From NCBI GenBank assembly GCA_003220685.1, contig QHTE01000068.1:230-64229 (forward strand): DNA of 64,000 nucleotides, given 5' to 3'. The DNA comes from Candidatus Rokuibacteriota bacterium. GTDB taxonomy: Bacteria > Methylomirabilota > Methylomirabilia > Rokubacteriales > CSP1-6. The notes under the pieces were generated by a model. That model worked only from the letters and a program-made list of their open reading frames with translations, had not been told where the DNA came from and ran no database searches. Positions 1 to 8,472 of this stretch are shown piece by piece; the stretch's first letter is position 1; the number at the start of each line of letters is the position of its first letter. A program made the position numbers and the translations under genes.

Positions 1-452
1 AGAAGGTCGTGCACGCGTTCCGCGTGGCGCGCGCCCGCGCCGGACGGGAGACCAAGCTCGGCGGCGATCTCTGCTTCGGGTTCTCGTTCTACATCGCCGA
101 CAGCGTCGAGCAGGGGATCAAGGAGGCGACGCCGTTCTTCGAGGAGAACATCAAGATGTTCGCCCCGCTCGGGTTCGTACCGGGGCTGACACCCGAGCAG
201 ATCGAGGCCGTCGCCGACCCCAAGCGCGCGCGTCGGGCCGGGTTGCCCACCCTGCGCAACGCGCTGAAGGCGGGCACGTGGCTGATCGGCCCGCCGGAGC
301 AGATCACGGAGCAGCTCAAGGAGATCGAGCACAAGTATCCCGGGCTCGAAGTGATCAACGTCGGCCAGCCCGTCGGAACTCCGGAGGCGGTGATTCTCGA
401 GCAGCTCGAGCGCTTCGCGGCGGAGGTGATGCCGGCGTTCAAGCGCAAGTAG
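1..452 (+). CDS. LLM-class (luciferase-like) flavin/F420-dependent oxidoreductase, C-terminal part; the 5' end is outside the window
   Basis: Track ORF 9..452 stays open to the window edge. The C-terminal layout (GTWLIGPPEQITEQLKE..YPGLEVINVG..LERFAAEVMPAF) is typical of luciferase-like monooxygenases. Codon position 3 is strongly G/C. Confidence 0.7.
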   Translation, partial: KVVHAFRVARARAGRETKLGGDLCFGFSFYIADSVEQGIKEATPFFEENIKMFAPLGFVPGLTPEQIEAVADPKRARRAGLPTLRNALKAGTWLIGPPEQITEQLKEIEHKYPGLEVINVGQPVGTPEAVILEQLERFAAEVMPAFKRK

Positions 453-494
453 GCGAGGATGGCGCGCCGGGTGACCGGCGCGCCACGCGCGGGT

Positions 495-965
495 CTACGC
501 CGGCGCCGGCAGCCTGAATCCCTGCCGCGCCAGCAGCTTCCAGCTGCCGTTCTGCTTTTGCCACACTTGGAGCGCGCCGATCCGCGTGGTCGTCGCCTTG
601 CCGTCGAGCTCGGATTCGGCCAGGTAGATGTGGCGCGCGATGGCCGCATCGCCGACGACGGCCACCTTGAGCTCGGGAAATGCGAGTGACTTGACCACCT
701 GCTTGCGGGTCATCACGCCGTTGATGAATTGCTCCTTGGTCTCGACCCGGCCGTCCGAATGGCCGTAGCTGATCTGCGCGGCCGCGACCTGCTCCAGCCG
801 GGTCTTTTCCGCTCCGAGCAAGGCCTTCCTCAAGATTTCGACGTTCTCAGTGACCGCCGCCTCGTCGGCAGCGGCGTCGGCACTGGTGAAGCCGCCGAGC
901 AAGAGACCGGGAGCGGCCAGAGCGACTGCGCCTGCAACCGCCATGTCACGACGCGAGACGTCCAT
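495..965 (-). CDS. Exported NTF2-like (SnoaL/DUF4440-type) protein
   Basis: This is the lower part of track ORF 495..2036. The ATG at 965 opens MDVSRRDMAVAGAVALAAPG.., a twin-arginine-like signal, followed by about 125 aa with an NTF2-like pattern. The rest of the 513-aa ORF is antisense to gene 1101..1928 and is rejected. Confidence 0.65.
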   Translation of the reverse strand: MDVSRRDMAVAGAVALAAPGLLLGGFTSADAAADEAAVTENVEILRKALLGAEKTRLEQVAAAQISYGHSDGRVETKEQFINGVMTRKQVVKSLAFPELKVAVVGDAAIARHIYLAESELDGKATTTRIGALQVWQKQNGSWKLLARQGFRLPAPA

Positions 966-1100
966 GGGTGCCCTCCTCGAGGCCGGGTCTAACCCGATTT
1001 CGTCGAAGCGTACTCTCGTCCGGTGGCGCTTGACAAGGCACTCCGGTGCTGAGATAGGAGGAGCGCAGCGCGCTCCCAAAGCGGGTAGGAGGAGGAGACG

Positions 1101-1928
1101 ATGGACGCCGGGACCGGAAAGATCGCCTGTGGCCCGATCTGCTTCGCCCTGCAGTATCGCGACATCGACGGAGGAGCGCCGCAGCGCCAGGGCGCGGGAG
1201 GCAACGGCGGAAACCACCCCGATCAGGGTGTCTGCGTCCAGGTGCTCGGGGTCGTCGAGGGCGCCGAGCGAGAGCTGCTCCGGTTCGAGTGCTTCGACAA
1301 CCACCCGCACTATCATTATGATCCGGCCAACACCAACGTCCGGATCATGCTCGATCCCACGGTTACCGGCAATCCGCTCCGGTGGACGATGACCCAGCTG
1401 CGCCGCAAGCTGCCGGCGATGCTCGGCCGCGCCGGCTACGAGCAGATCGCCCTGCAGATCGACCCCTCCGAGCTCCTGCCCGTGCTGGACGAGGTCGAGG
1501 CCAGGGCGTGCGAGATGGCCGTCCGCCGGCGCCGCACCGTGCGCCACAACCGGGGGACGGACGTGTTCGAGGCCGGCAACATCCGGTTCGGCCTGGAGAT
1601 GCGCGTGGCCGGTCAGGGAGACGGCGGCATCGCCATCCACGTTCTCGGCGATATCGCCGGCCAGGAGGTCGAGCTGCTCGCGTTCGACTGCTTCCGAATC
1701 TACCCGCACTATCACTACGGGCCGATGTACAAGAACGAGCGCATCTATCTGGACAAGGCGCTGGTGCCCGATCCGTTCAAGTGGGCGCTCGATCAGTTCA
1801 AGGGCGGACGGCTCCCGGCGATGCTGACGCGCGCCGGCTATCCGACGGTGGCGGCCGCGCTCGACGAGGGGCTCGTGGCCGAGAAGCTCGTCGAGGTGGA
1901 GGCGCGGGGGCGGGCGATGCTCGCCTAG
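1101..1928 (+). CDS. Hypothetical protein made of two homologous halves, each with a CF-x3-PHYHY motif
   Basis: AGGAGGAGGAG lies 4 nt upstream of the ATG at 1101. The two halves align by eye: ..ELLRFECFDNHPHYHYDP..NPLRWTMTQLRRKLPAMLGRAGY.. versus ..ELLAFDCFRIYPHYHYGP..DPFKWALDQFKGGRLPAMLTRAGY... GC3 is high. I do not recognise the family. Confidence 0.8.
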   Translation: MDAGTGKIACGPICFALQYRDIDGGAPQRQGAGGNGGNHPDQGVCVQVLGVVEGAERELLRFECFDNHPHYHYDPANTNVRIMLDPTVTGNPLRWTMTQLRRKLPAMLGRAGYEQIALQIDPSELLPVLDEVEARACEMAVRRRRTVRHNRGTDVFEAGNIRFGLEMRVAGQGDGGIAIHVLGDIAGQEVELLAFDCFRIYPHYHYGPMYKNERIYLDKALVPDPFKWALDQFKGGRLPAMLTRAGYPTVAAALDEGLVAEKLVEVEARGRAMLA

Positions 1929-1938
1929 GCAGCTCGCC

Positions 1939-2832
1939 TCAGGCGAGGTGCTTCTTGAAGAAGGCGATCGTCCGCTCCCAGGCCAGCTTGGCCGCCGCTT
2001 CGTTGTAGCGCGGCGTCGAGTTGTTGTGGAAGCCATGCTGGGTTCCGGGATAGATGTGCATCTCGTACTGAACCCCGCTCGCCTTCAGCGCCGCCTCGTA
2101 CGCCGGCCACAGTGCGTTGACGCGCTCGTCGCTCTCCGCGTACTGGATCAGCAGCGGTGCCTTGATCTCCGCCACTCGTACCGTCTCGGCCGCCGCGCCG
2201 TAGAACGGGACGGCCGCCTTCAGTTCTGCGCCGAGCACGACCGCCAGGAAGTTGGTCGTGCTGCCACCCCAGCAGAAGCCCGTGACGCCCAGCTTGCCGG
2301 TCGACAGCGCATGCGCTTTCAGGAAACGCGCGCTGTTGACCATGTCCGTGCGGAGCTTGCCCTGGTCGAGGCCGGCCTGCAGCGTGCGGCCGTCGTCGTC
2401 GTTCCCGGGATACCCGCCGACGGGTGACAGCCCGTCGGGGGCGAGCGCCAGGAACCCCTCGGTCGCGGCTCGGCGCGCCACGTCCTCGATGTACGGGTTG
2501 AGGCCGCGGTTCTCGTGAATCACCAGGACGGCGGGGAATGGCCCTTGCGAGCCCGGCTGCACCAGATACCCGCGCATCGTGCCAGACGTCCCACCCGGCG
2601 ACGGATAGGTCACGTACCGCGCCTTGATTCGGGGATCGGTGAAGGAGATCGTCTGCGCGAGCGCGTACCGGGGCAACAGCGCCTGCGCCATCGCGAGCGC
2701 CGACACACCGCCGATGGTCAGCGCGCCGGCCCGCTGCAGGAACTCGCGCCGGTCGATGCTCCCGTGGCAGTACTCGTCGTAGAGATCGAAGACGCGCTGG
2801 TCGATCTCGAGCTGGGTCAGCGCCGGCACCAT
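1939..2832 (-). CDS. Dienelactone hydrolase family protein with a Tat-type signal
   Basis: Track ORF 1939..2865. The start is set at the internal ATG 2832 (MVPALTQ..), which is preceded by GAGGAG. The Tat motif is DRREFLQRAGALTIGG. Family motifs are present: VIHENRGLNPYIEDVARR, GVTGFCWGG, HGF. Confidence 0.85.
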   Translation of the reverse strand: MVPALTQLEIDQRVFDLYDEYCHGSIDRREFLQRAGALTIGGVSALAMAQALLPRYALAQTISFTDPRIKARYVTYPSPGGTSGTMRGYLVQPGSQGPFPAVLVIHENRGLNPYIEDVARRAATEGFLALAPDGLSPVGGYPGNDDDGRTLQAGLDQGKLRTDMVNSARFLKAHALSTGKLGVTGFCWGGSTTNFLAVVLGAELKAAVPFYGAAAETVRVAEIKAPLLIQYAESDERVNALWPAYEAALKASGVQYEMHIYPGTQHGFHNNSTPRYNEAAAKLAWERTIAFFKKHLA

Positions 2833-2852
2833 GATGTTCTCCTCTGCTCCCG

Positions 2853-4166
2853 TCACTCGATGCAACTCAGGCTCGTGAAGCCGTAATGGTCGTCATAGCG
2901 CCAGGGCGGCGGTAACGGCCCGGCCGTCGGGAGCGCCGCGCCATCGACGCCGCCGTGAAGCCCGATCGTCGAGCCGCGCCGCACGATCTTCGTCGGCAGC
3001 CCGATCACCCGCGCGACGGCCGGCGCCTCGGGTACGGCCAGGGTGACGTTCTTGAAGAAGCTCGTGCTCACGATCGCGTCGGCCTCGGGCAGCGGCTCGA
3101 GCATGGTCGGCGCGCCGTCGGTCGCGTCGTCCTCGCTGGTGAGGAACACGGTCTTGATGCCCAGGCGCTCGCAGGCCTGGATACTGCGGACCACTTCGAT
3201 GAACTCGTTGCCGCCCGCGTCCCACGTCACGACCGCGCCGTCGGCGCCGAGCTGCTGGGCGAGCTTGGCCGTCTGGTTGGCCATCAGCTGCTTCTCGGTC
3301 TGCGTGGTCCACTCGGTCCTGAGCGAGATGACGCCGAGGAAATTCCAGTCACGGCCGTGGCGGCGGTAGAGGTCGAGGAGCAGCGGATTGTTGGCGACGG
3401 TCCACGACATCGCGAACGCGGTGCGATAGGGGCCGGTGAGCGCGCCGTCGAGGATCTCGTTCGGGTGCAGATACCAGGGCGGCGTGAGCTGGGTCAGGCC
3501 GTACGTCGCCGTGCAAAACGCCGAGGGCGAGCCCGACATCGCCTGCGGTGAGTGCACGCACCAGATGTAGATCACCTTCGGGAGCTTCGGGTCGACCGGC
3601 GTCAGCTCGAAGATCTGGTACTCGGGCGGCGCGAGCGCGCGCACCGCTTCGCCGAGCTGATCGGCAACGGTGAGGGCGGCCTTGTGCACGGCGTAGTTCT
3701 TCACCTCTTCGTTCAGGGTGGAATCGGGCTCGACGACCAGACAGAGGTGCAGAAGCTTCTGATAGGGGTACATCTCGCCGTAGTGGCCGGACATGTCGAG
3801 GTACGTCTCGACGAAGTCGCCGCCGGCGTCGTGCCAGTTGACGCTCGATACCTCGACCACGCCCATGCCGGCCAGGCGATGCGTGCGCCCCTCGCCGACC
3901 GTGGCGATCTCGCGCCCACAGATCCCGGGATAGCAGACGCCGGGCCCCTCGACCTTGATGCGCGGCTCGATCACGTCGCGCACCGGCCAGATCCGCACCG
4001 ATTCGCCGGGCTTCGCGATCTCGAGCTCGGCGCTGGCGATCCGCGGATCCTGGCGCACCGCGGCGAGCACGGCGTCGCAGTCCACCGTGAGCCGGCCCGC
4101 GTCGTAGCGCGTCGCTCGGCCAAAGGTGATGTCCGTGACCGGGAAGGTGCCCATCTCAAGACGCAT
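2853..4166 (-). CDS. grdE: Glycine/sarcosine/betaine reductase component B alpha/beta proprotein-like (GrdE family)
   Basis: The N-terminus [16 protein letters not shown].. and the block AKPGESVRIWPVRDVIEPRIKVEG match my recollection of GrdE. Its start overlaps the stop of the upstream grdB-like gene by 11 nt (ATGCGTCTTGA). The symbol denotes the family only. Confidence 0.75.
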   Translation of the reverse strand: MRLEMGTFPVTDITFGRATRYDAGRLTVDCDAVLAAVRQDPRIASAELEIAKPGESVRIWPVRDVIEPRIKVEGPGVCYPGICGREIATVGEGRTHRLAGMGVVEVSSVNWHDAGGDFVETYLDMSGHYGEMYPYQKLLHLCLVVEPDSTLNEEVKNYAVHKAALTVADQLGEAVRALAPPEYQIFELTPVDPKLPKVIYIWCVHSPQAMSGSPSAFCTATYGLTQLTPPWYLHPNEILDGALTGPYRTAFAMSWTVANNPLLLDLYRRHGRDWNFLGVISLRTEWTTQTEKQLMANQTAKLAQQLGADGAVVTWDAGGNEFIEVVRSIQACERLGIKTVFLTSEDDATDGAPTMLEPLPEADAIVSTSFFKNVTLAVPEAPAVARVIGLPTKIVRRGSTIGLHGGVDGAALPTAGPLPPPWRYDDHYGFTSLSCIE

Positions 4167-5499
4167 GCGCGGCCTCCTTACCGGACGCCATCGGGTCGAA
4201 GAGCGTCGGGCCGGGCACGGCGATCGTCAGCGTCTGCAGCGCGGTGGTCACGATGCGCATGCCGAAGGCGTAGTCCTTCTCCGGGCTCAAGGTCGGGTCG
4301 CCGCACACGTGCTCGATGCGCGCGCCGCGGATCACGCGGTTCGCGCCGGTCGTGAGGGCGAAGTTGTAGATAGCCGAGATCATGCCGACCGGGATTCCGA
4401 CTCGCTCGATCTCCTTGGCGATCGTTGCGCCGCAACGATTGCAGGTCCCTCAGGTGGCGACGAGCAGAGCGCCATCGACGCCGCCGGCCTTGAGGTCCGC
4501 GGCGATACTGCGGCCGTGTCCCGCCGAGACCGCCACCGGCGTGCTCACGCCGGGCAGCGCATAGATGTGCTCGTGCACGCGGCCGACCTTGCCCTGGCGC
4601 TCGAGATCGCGCAGGAACGAGAGCGGCAGGATGTAATTCGGATTGCTGTTGACGATGTGGTTGAAGTAGCCGGCGTGGTACGCCTCCCACTCGGCCGGCG
4701 AGAGCGATTCGAGCTCGGCCACCGTGTGCCGGTGATAGCGCACGGCGTTCGCCGAGACCTGCCGGTCCGGATTGCCCTTCCGCACGAGGCCGCCGGTGGT
4801 GACCATCGCGATGCGGGCGCGCGCGAGATCGGCGATCGGCGGCGCGGGCGAGACGCGCTCGGGCGGCGCGTACGGCACCTCCGAGCGATAGGGCCGGCCG
4901 TGGAGCTTGTCGAGCAGCATGTCGAGCGCGCGCTGATAGCCCGGGCGTCCGCGGTCGTGCACCCGCCGCGTCCCGCGGCGCATGTAGCCCTCCGCCTCCG
5001 AGGGCCCCAGCGTCTGGCCTCGACCCAGGCGGCGCGCGAGCGGCGCCAGCGCGTCGAGCGCGGCCTGCATCGACGTCGTCGATGCGCCCGTCGGGACGAT
5101 GTAGATCCCGCGCCGAGCGTTCGAGGCGCCCGGGTTCTCCGGATGCATCGCCGTGATCGCCGGGATGCCGCGGCTCTGCGCGACCTTGCACGCGAGCGCG
5201 CAGGCCAGGCCGTAGCGCCCGGAGCCGAACGCCGGGCCGGCCACCAGCACGTCGGGCTTGAGGCGGTCGAGCTCGGCGCCGATCGCGCGCGCGGCGTCCG
5301 CCTCGTTCTCGCTGGCGAAGTTGTCGCCGCAGACGAGGGTCGCCTCGACGCGCGCGTCGTCGCCCAGCGCTTTCTCGAGGACACGGCCGGGACCGACGGC
5401 GCCGGCTCGCACCGAGACACCGACATGCGCCTGGTCCTCGCCGCCGATGCCCCCGAAGAACTGGTTCACGTAGTGCACGATGCGAAGCGGACCGCTCAT
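4156..5499 (-). CDS. grdB: GrdB-type selenoprotein (glycine/sarcosine/betaine reductase component B, Sec-containing subunit); in-frame UGA at 4450-4452 read as selenocysteine
   Basis: Track ORFs 4450..5499 and 4156..4383 are in the same frame. Translating through the TGA gives ..[49 protein letters not shown].., the conserved GrdB Sec motif (T-U-GTC-x-RCGAT..KEIER.GIP). The N-terminus is [19 protein letters not shown] hairpin follows the UGA. Confidence 0.85.
4418..4442 (-). promoter_or_regulatory. SECIS-like stem-loop downstream of the UGA in the grdB-like gene
   Basis: The minus-strand RNA reads GCAAUCGUUGC-GGC-GCAACGAUCGC. That is an 11-bp stem with one A.C mismatch and a G-rich apical loop. 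It starts 8 nt after the UGA. Confidence 0.6.
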
Positions 5500-5543
5500 G
5501 GTGTCATCCCTCCCGAACCAGCCTGTCGGTGGGGATTCTGTCG

Positions 5544-5549
5544 TATCCT
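5544..5549 (+). promoter_or_regulatory. Candidate -10 hexamer (TATCCT) 6 nt upstream of the aroC ATG; leaderless-type arrangement
   Basis: The sequence reads TATCCT-cgacgc-ATG(5556). There is no Shine-Dalgarno. The same geometry recurs at six other genes. Confidence 0.35.
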
Positions 5550-5555
5550 CGACGC

Positions 5556-6632
5556 ATGGGCAACACCTGGGGGCAGCTGTTTCGCGTGACGACGTGGGGG
5601 GAGTCGCACGGCGGCGCCACCGGCGCGATCGTCGACGGCTGCCCTCCGCGGCTGCCCCTGTCGGAAGCGGACATCCAGCCGGATCTCGACCGCCGCGCGC
5701 CCGGCCAGAGCGCGCTCGTGTCGCAGCGCAAGGAGTCCGACACGGTGCAGATCCTGTCCGGCGTCTTCGAGGGCCAGACCCTCGGCACGCCGATCAGTCT
5801 CCTGATCCCGAACGAGGACATGCGGCCGGGCGACTACCGTGAGGTCCGCGAGAAGTACCGGCCGAGCCACGCCGATTACACCTACGACGCGAAGTACGGG
5901 GTGCGCGACTGGCGCGGCGGCGGCCGGACGAGCGCCCGGGAGACCGCCGGCCGCGTGGCGGCCGCCGCCATCGCGCGCAAGCTGCTCGCCGTGCGCTTCA
6001 ACGTGACGGTGGTGGCGTGGGTCTCGAAAGTCGGGCGGCTCGTCGCGGAGTGCGACCACGAAAAGGTGACCCGCGAGCAGGTCGACACGACGCCGATCCG
6101 CTGTCCCGACCTCGTCGTCGCCGAGCGGATGATCGCGGCCGTCGAGGCCGCGCGCAAGGACGGCAACTCGCTCGGCGGCATCGTCACCTGCGCCGTGCGC
6201 GGCTGTCCGCCCGGCTGGGGCGAGCCGGTGTTCGATCGGCTCGAGGCCGATCTGGCGAAGGCGGTGATGAGCCTGCCGGCGAGCAAAGGGTTCGAGATCG
6301 GCTCGGGCTTCGCCGGCACCGACCTCACGGGTGCCGAGCACAACGACGAGTTCTACATGGAGAGCGGACGGGTCCGCACGCGCACCAACCGCTCGGGCGG
6401 CGTGCAGGGCGGCATCACGAACGGCGAGACGATCTACTTCCGTGTGGCGTTCAAGCCGACGGCCACGATCATGCGCGAGCAACACACCGTGGACATCTAT
6501 CACGAGGTGACGACCATCCAGGGCCGCGGCCGCCACGACCCGTGCGTGCTCCCGCGCGCGGTGCCCATGGTCGAGGCGATGACTGCGCTGGTGATCGTGG
6601 ACCACGCGCTGCGCCAGCAGGCGGTGACGTAG
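5556..6632 (+). CDS. aroC: Chorismate synthase
   Basis: [21 protein letters not shown].. with the canonical blocks (RPGHADY-like [24 protein letters not shown]). The start is set at the internal ATG 5556 of track ORF 5529..6632. Confidence 0.95.
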   Translation: MGNTWGQLFRVTTWGESHGGATGAIVDGCPPRLPLSEADIQPDLDRRAPGQSALVSQRKESDTVQILSGVFEGQTLGTPISLLIPNEDMRPGDYREVREKYRPSHADYTYDAKYGVRDWRGGGRTSARETAGRVAAAAIARKLLAVRFNVTVVAWVSKVGRLVAECDHEKVTREQVDTTPIRCPDLVVAERMIAAVEAARKDGNSLGGIVTCAVRGCPPGWGEPVFDRLEADLAKAVMSLPASKGFEIGSGFAGTDLTGAEHNDEFYMESGRVRTRTNRSGGVQGGITNGETIYFRVAFKPTATIMREQHTVDIYHEVTTIQGRGRHDPCVLPRAVPMVEAMTALVIVDHALRQQAVT

Positions 6633-6643
6633 CCCGCGCGAAT

Positions 6644-6668
6644 CAGGGGGGCGGAAGCCGCCCCCCTG
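6644..6668. terminator. Bidirectional intrinsic-terminator-like hairpin between convergent genes
   Basis: CAGGGGGGCGG-aag-CCGCCCCCCTG forms a perfect 11-bp stem. It lies between the aroC stop (6632) and the stop of the minus-strand gene (6687). Confidence 0.6.
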
Positions 6669-6686
6669 ACCGACGCTTCGCTTGGT

Positions 6687-8471
6687 CTAGTCCTTGTCGT
6701 CCCGCTCCTTATCCCGGTCCCTGTCCCCGTCGTTGCCCTGCCCGGGAGGATTGGGGCCGCAGATCTTCCAGATCACGCCGGTCCCGGGAATCTGGACGAG
6801 CGGACCGTCGCCGGCAACCTTGAAGCCCGCGTCCGGGTCCGACTGCCCGAAGTCACGCACCGCGCCGTAGTCGACGAGGTACGCGCAGTCATCGGGTCCG
6901 AACTTCAGGTCCACCGGGCGGTTGATTCCCCTGATTCCAGACACAAACGCCTGTTCGAACGTCTTGTTGAAGGCAAACCGCTGAAGCGTGAGCTTGAGCG
7001 GCTCACCGGGTTTGCTGAAGTTGATGAGCTGAACGTCGTGCCCCTCTTCGGGCGTGCCGTTGGCCTTCGAGAACCCGAAGTCCCCCTCGCGGCCGGCCAG
7101 AGCTGCACCGCGCTTGACTGGACCGTGGACGAACGAGTTAGGCACGAAGTCGAGCCCGACGATCGCGACGTCCGAGGCCTCGAGGGCTAGAGGCACCGTG
7201 ATCGGCTGGGGCGGGAACGCGAGCACGGGTTGCACGGGCTTACCGACGACGGCGGCCGCATTGTCGTCGCCCGGGCCTCCCACGGGATTGAACACCGCCT
7301 GAGTCGAATCCAGGAAGCCGAACCGATCCGGCCAGCCGTGGTAGTCCGGGCTGCCGTCGGGATTCTGTTGCGCGAGGTGGAGGCGGTCCGGGGAGTTGTT
7401 GGTGGGCCGCGCGCCCCGCTCGTCTTCACCGTTCTCGGTCACGAACAGTCCGCCCTTCAAGGCATGGTCACGAGGCGCGAAGCGAATGCCGTAGGGGTTA
7501 CGGTACCCCCACGAGAAGGGCTGGATATTGTCCTGCGGATTCCTCGCGTTGAGCGGCGCTCTCAAGATGGCGCCGTCGCACACCCCGGAATGCGCCGCCC
7601 CCGTGTAGGCGGCGACGATCCCTCCGGGGTTCTGGACGCCAAACGGCGAGTACCCGCTCGTCTTGATCCCACCGCCGGAGTCGAACACATTGTTGCTGAG
7701 CTTGATGTCCTGACACGGGATATCGTGCTGGTTCGCGCCGCCGCCGTTGTCGCGGCCGACCACGCCCGAATTGGTCGTCGATCCCTGCGACCAGTAGATC
7801 CAGCCGTCCTTGAAGGTGATCTGCTCGGCCGGATGGTCGCCGGTCGGCAGACCGGAGATGAACTCGGTCACCTGTCCGTTCTCGGGGTTGACGATCACGA
7901 TGCGTGAGCTGTTGTTGTTTTGACCATTGGGGTTGGTTGCGCGGATGGCCTGGTTCGAGTCGGTGGCGAAGAGCCGCCCGCCTCGGAAGCCGTGCTCGAA
8001 CGCGATGTCGATCGCCGGACCATGGGGCAGGAGGCCGCCGCCGCTGGCCGTGGGCTTGGCGAGAGGGCCACCAGGGCGCTGCTGACCGCTTTCGTTGAAG
8101 ACCAGGATGCCGGGAGTGAAGGGATTGGCCGGCGAGAACACGCCACCGAGTAGCGGATTCGTCTCGTCGTTGCACATTCGGGTCTGGGGCGAGCCGCTGG
8201 GCAGGCCGTGTCCGGATTCGAGGACGAACACTTCGAACCGCTGCGAGTTGCCACGGAACGCGACGGCAGTCGGGAAGTTCAGGCCGCTCTTGAAAACCGA
8301 GACCGTGAAGCCGGGCGGTACGACGATGTCCTCGCCGTTTCCCGGATTGAAGAAGACGTCCTCTCCGGGACAGAGAGGATTGGCCGCGGCCGCTGCGAAG
8401 GTGGGCTGGGAAAGCAACGCTAGAGCGACGGCCACGAGCAACCAGCTGAAAGGGCCGACTTTGCTGTGCAT
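6687..8471 (-). CDS. Secreted beta-propeller protein (glucose/sorbosone dehydrogenase-like) with an acidic/basic low-complexity C-terminal tail
   Basis: The start is at internal ATG 8471 (MHSKVGPFSWLLVAVALALLSQPTFAAAA, a signal peptide), preceded by AAGGAG. The body is rich in G/N/P-repeated propeller-like strands. The C-terminus is ..GNDGDRDRDKERDDKD. Confidence 0.7.
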   Translation of the reverse strand: MHSKVGPFSWLLVAVALALLSQPTFAAAAANPLCPGEDVFFNPGNGEDIVVPPGFTVSVFKSGLNFPTAVAFRGNSQRFEVFVLESGHGLPSGSPQTRMCNDETNPLLGGVFSPANPFTPGILVFNESGQQRPGGPLAKPTASGGGLLPHGPAIDIAFEHGFRGGRLFATDSNQAIRATNPNGQNNNSSRIVIVNPENGQVTEFISGLPTGDHPAEQITFKDGWIYWSQGSTTNSGVVGRDNGGGANQHDIPCQDIKLSNNVFDSGGGIKTSGYSPFGVQNPGGIVAAYTGAAHSGVCDGAILRAPLNARNPQDNIQPFSWGYRNPYGIRFAPRDHALKGGLFVTENGEDERGARPTNNSPDRLHLAQQNPDGSPDYHGWPDRFGFLDSTQAVFNPVGGPGDDNAAAVVGKPVQPVLAFPPQPITVPLALEASDVAIVGLDFVPNSFVHGPVKRGAALAGREGDFGFSKANGTPEEGHDVQLINFSKPGEPLKLTLQRFAFNKTFEQAFVSGIRGINRPVDLKFGPDDCAYLVDYGAVRDFGQSDPDAGFKVAGDGPLVQIPGTGVIWKICGPNPPGQGNDGDRDRDKERDDKD

Positions 8472-8472
8472 G

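Noticed and set aside
1030-1058. TTGACA at 1030-1035 with GATAGG 17 nt downstream, as a promoter for gene 1101..1928
   Set aside because: The -35 is perfect, but the -10 candidate is poor (GATAGG). It is plausible but not supportable from sequence alone.
966-2036. Upper part of the 513-aa minus-strand track ORF 495..2036
   Set aside because: It is antisense to the well-supported two-repeat gene at 1101..1928 and has an Arg/Ala/Pro-rich shadow-frame composition. Only the last 156 codons (495..965) look like a real protein.
4450-4452. Treating the TGA as a genuine stop, which would give a truncated GrdB plus an independent 75-aa gene at 4156..4383
   Set aside because: The two ORFs share a frame. 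The conserved GrdB motif spans the TGA, strong similarity continues after it, and a hairpin sits at SECIS distance. The 75-aa ORF has no RBS of its own.
6687-6740. D/R/K-rich tail (..GNDGDRDRDKERDDKD) of the secreted propeller, and the similar GDGKDDRDRDDG stretch after the signal peptide of the CHRD protein (about 59490-59525), as a shared sorting signal
   Set aside because: There are only two short low-complexity stretches, in different positions (C-terminus versus post-signal). The evidence is insufficient.
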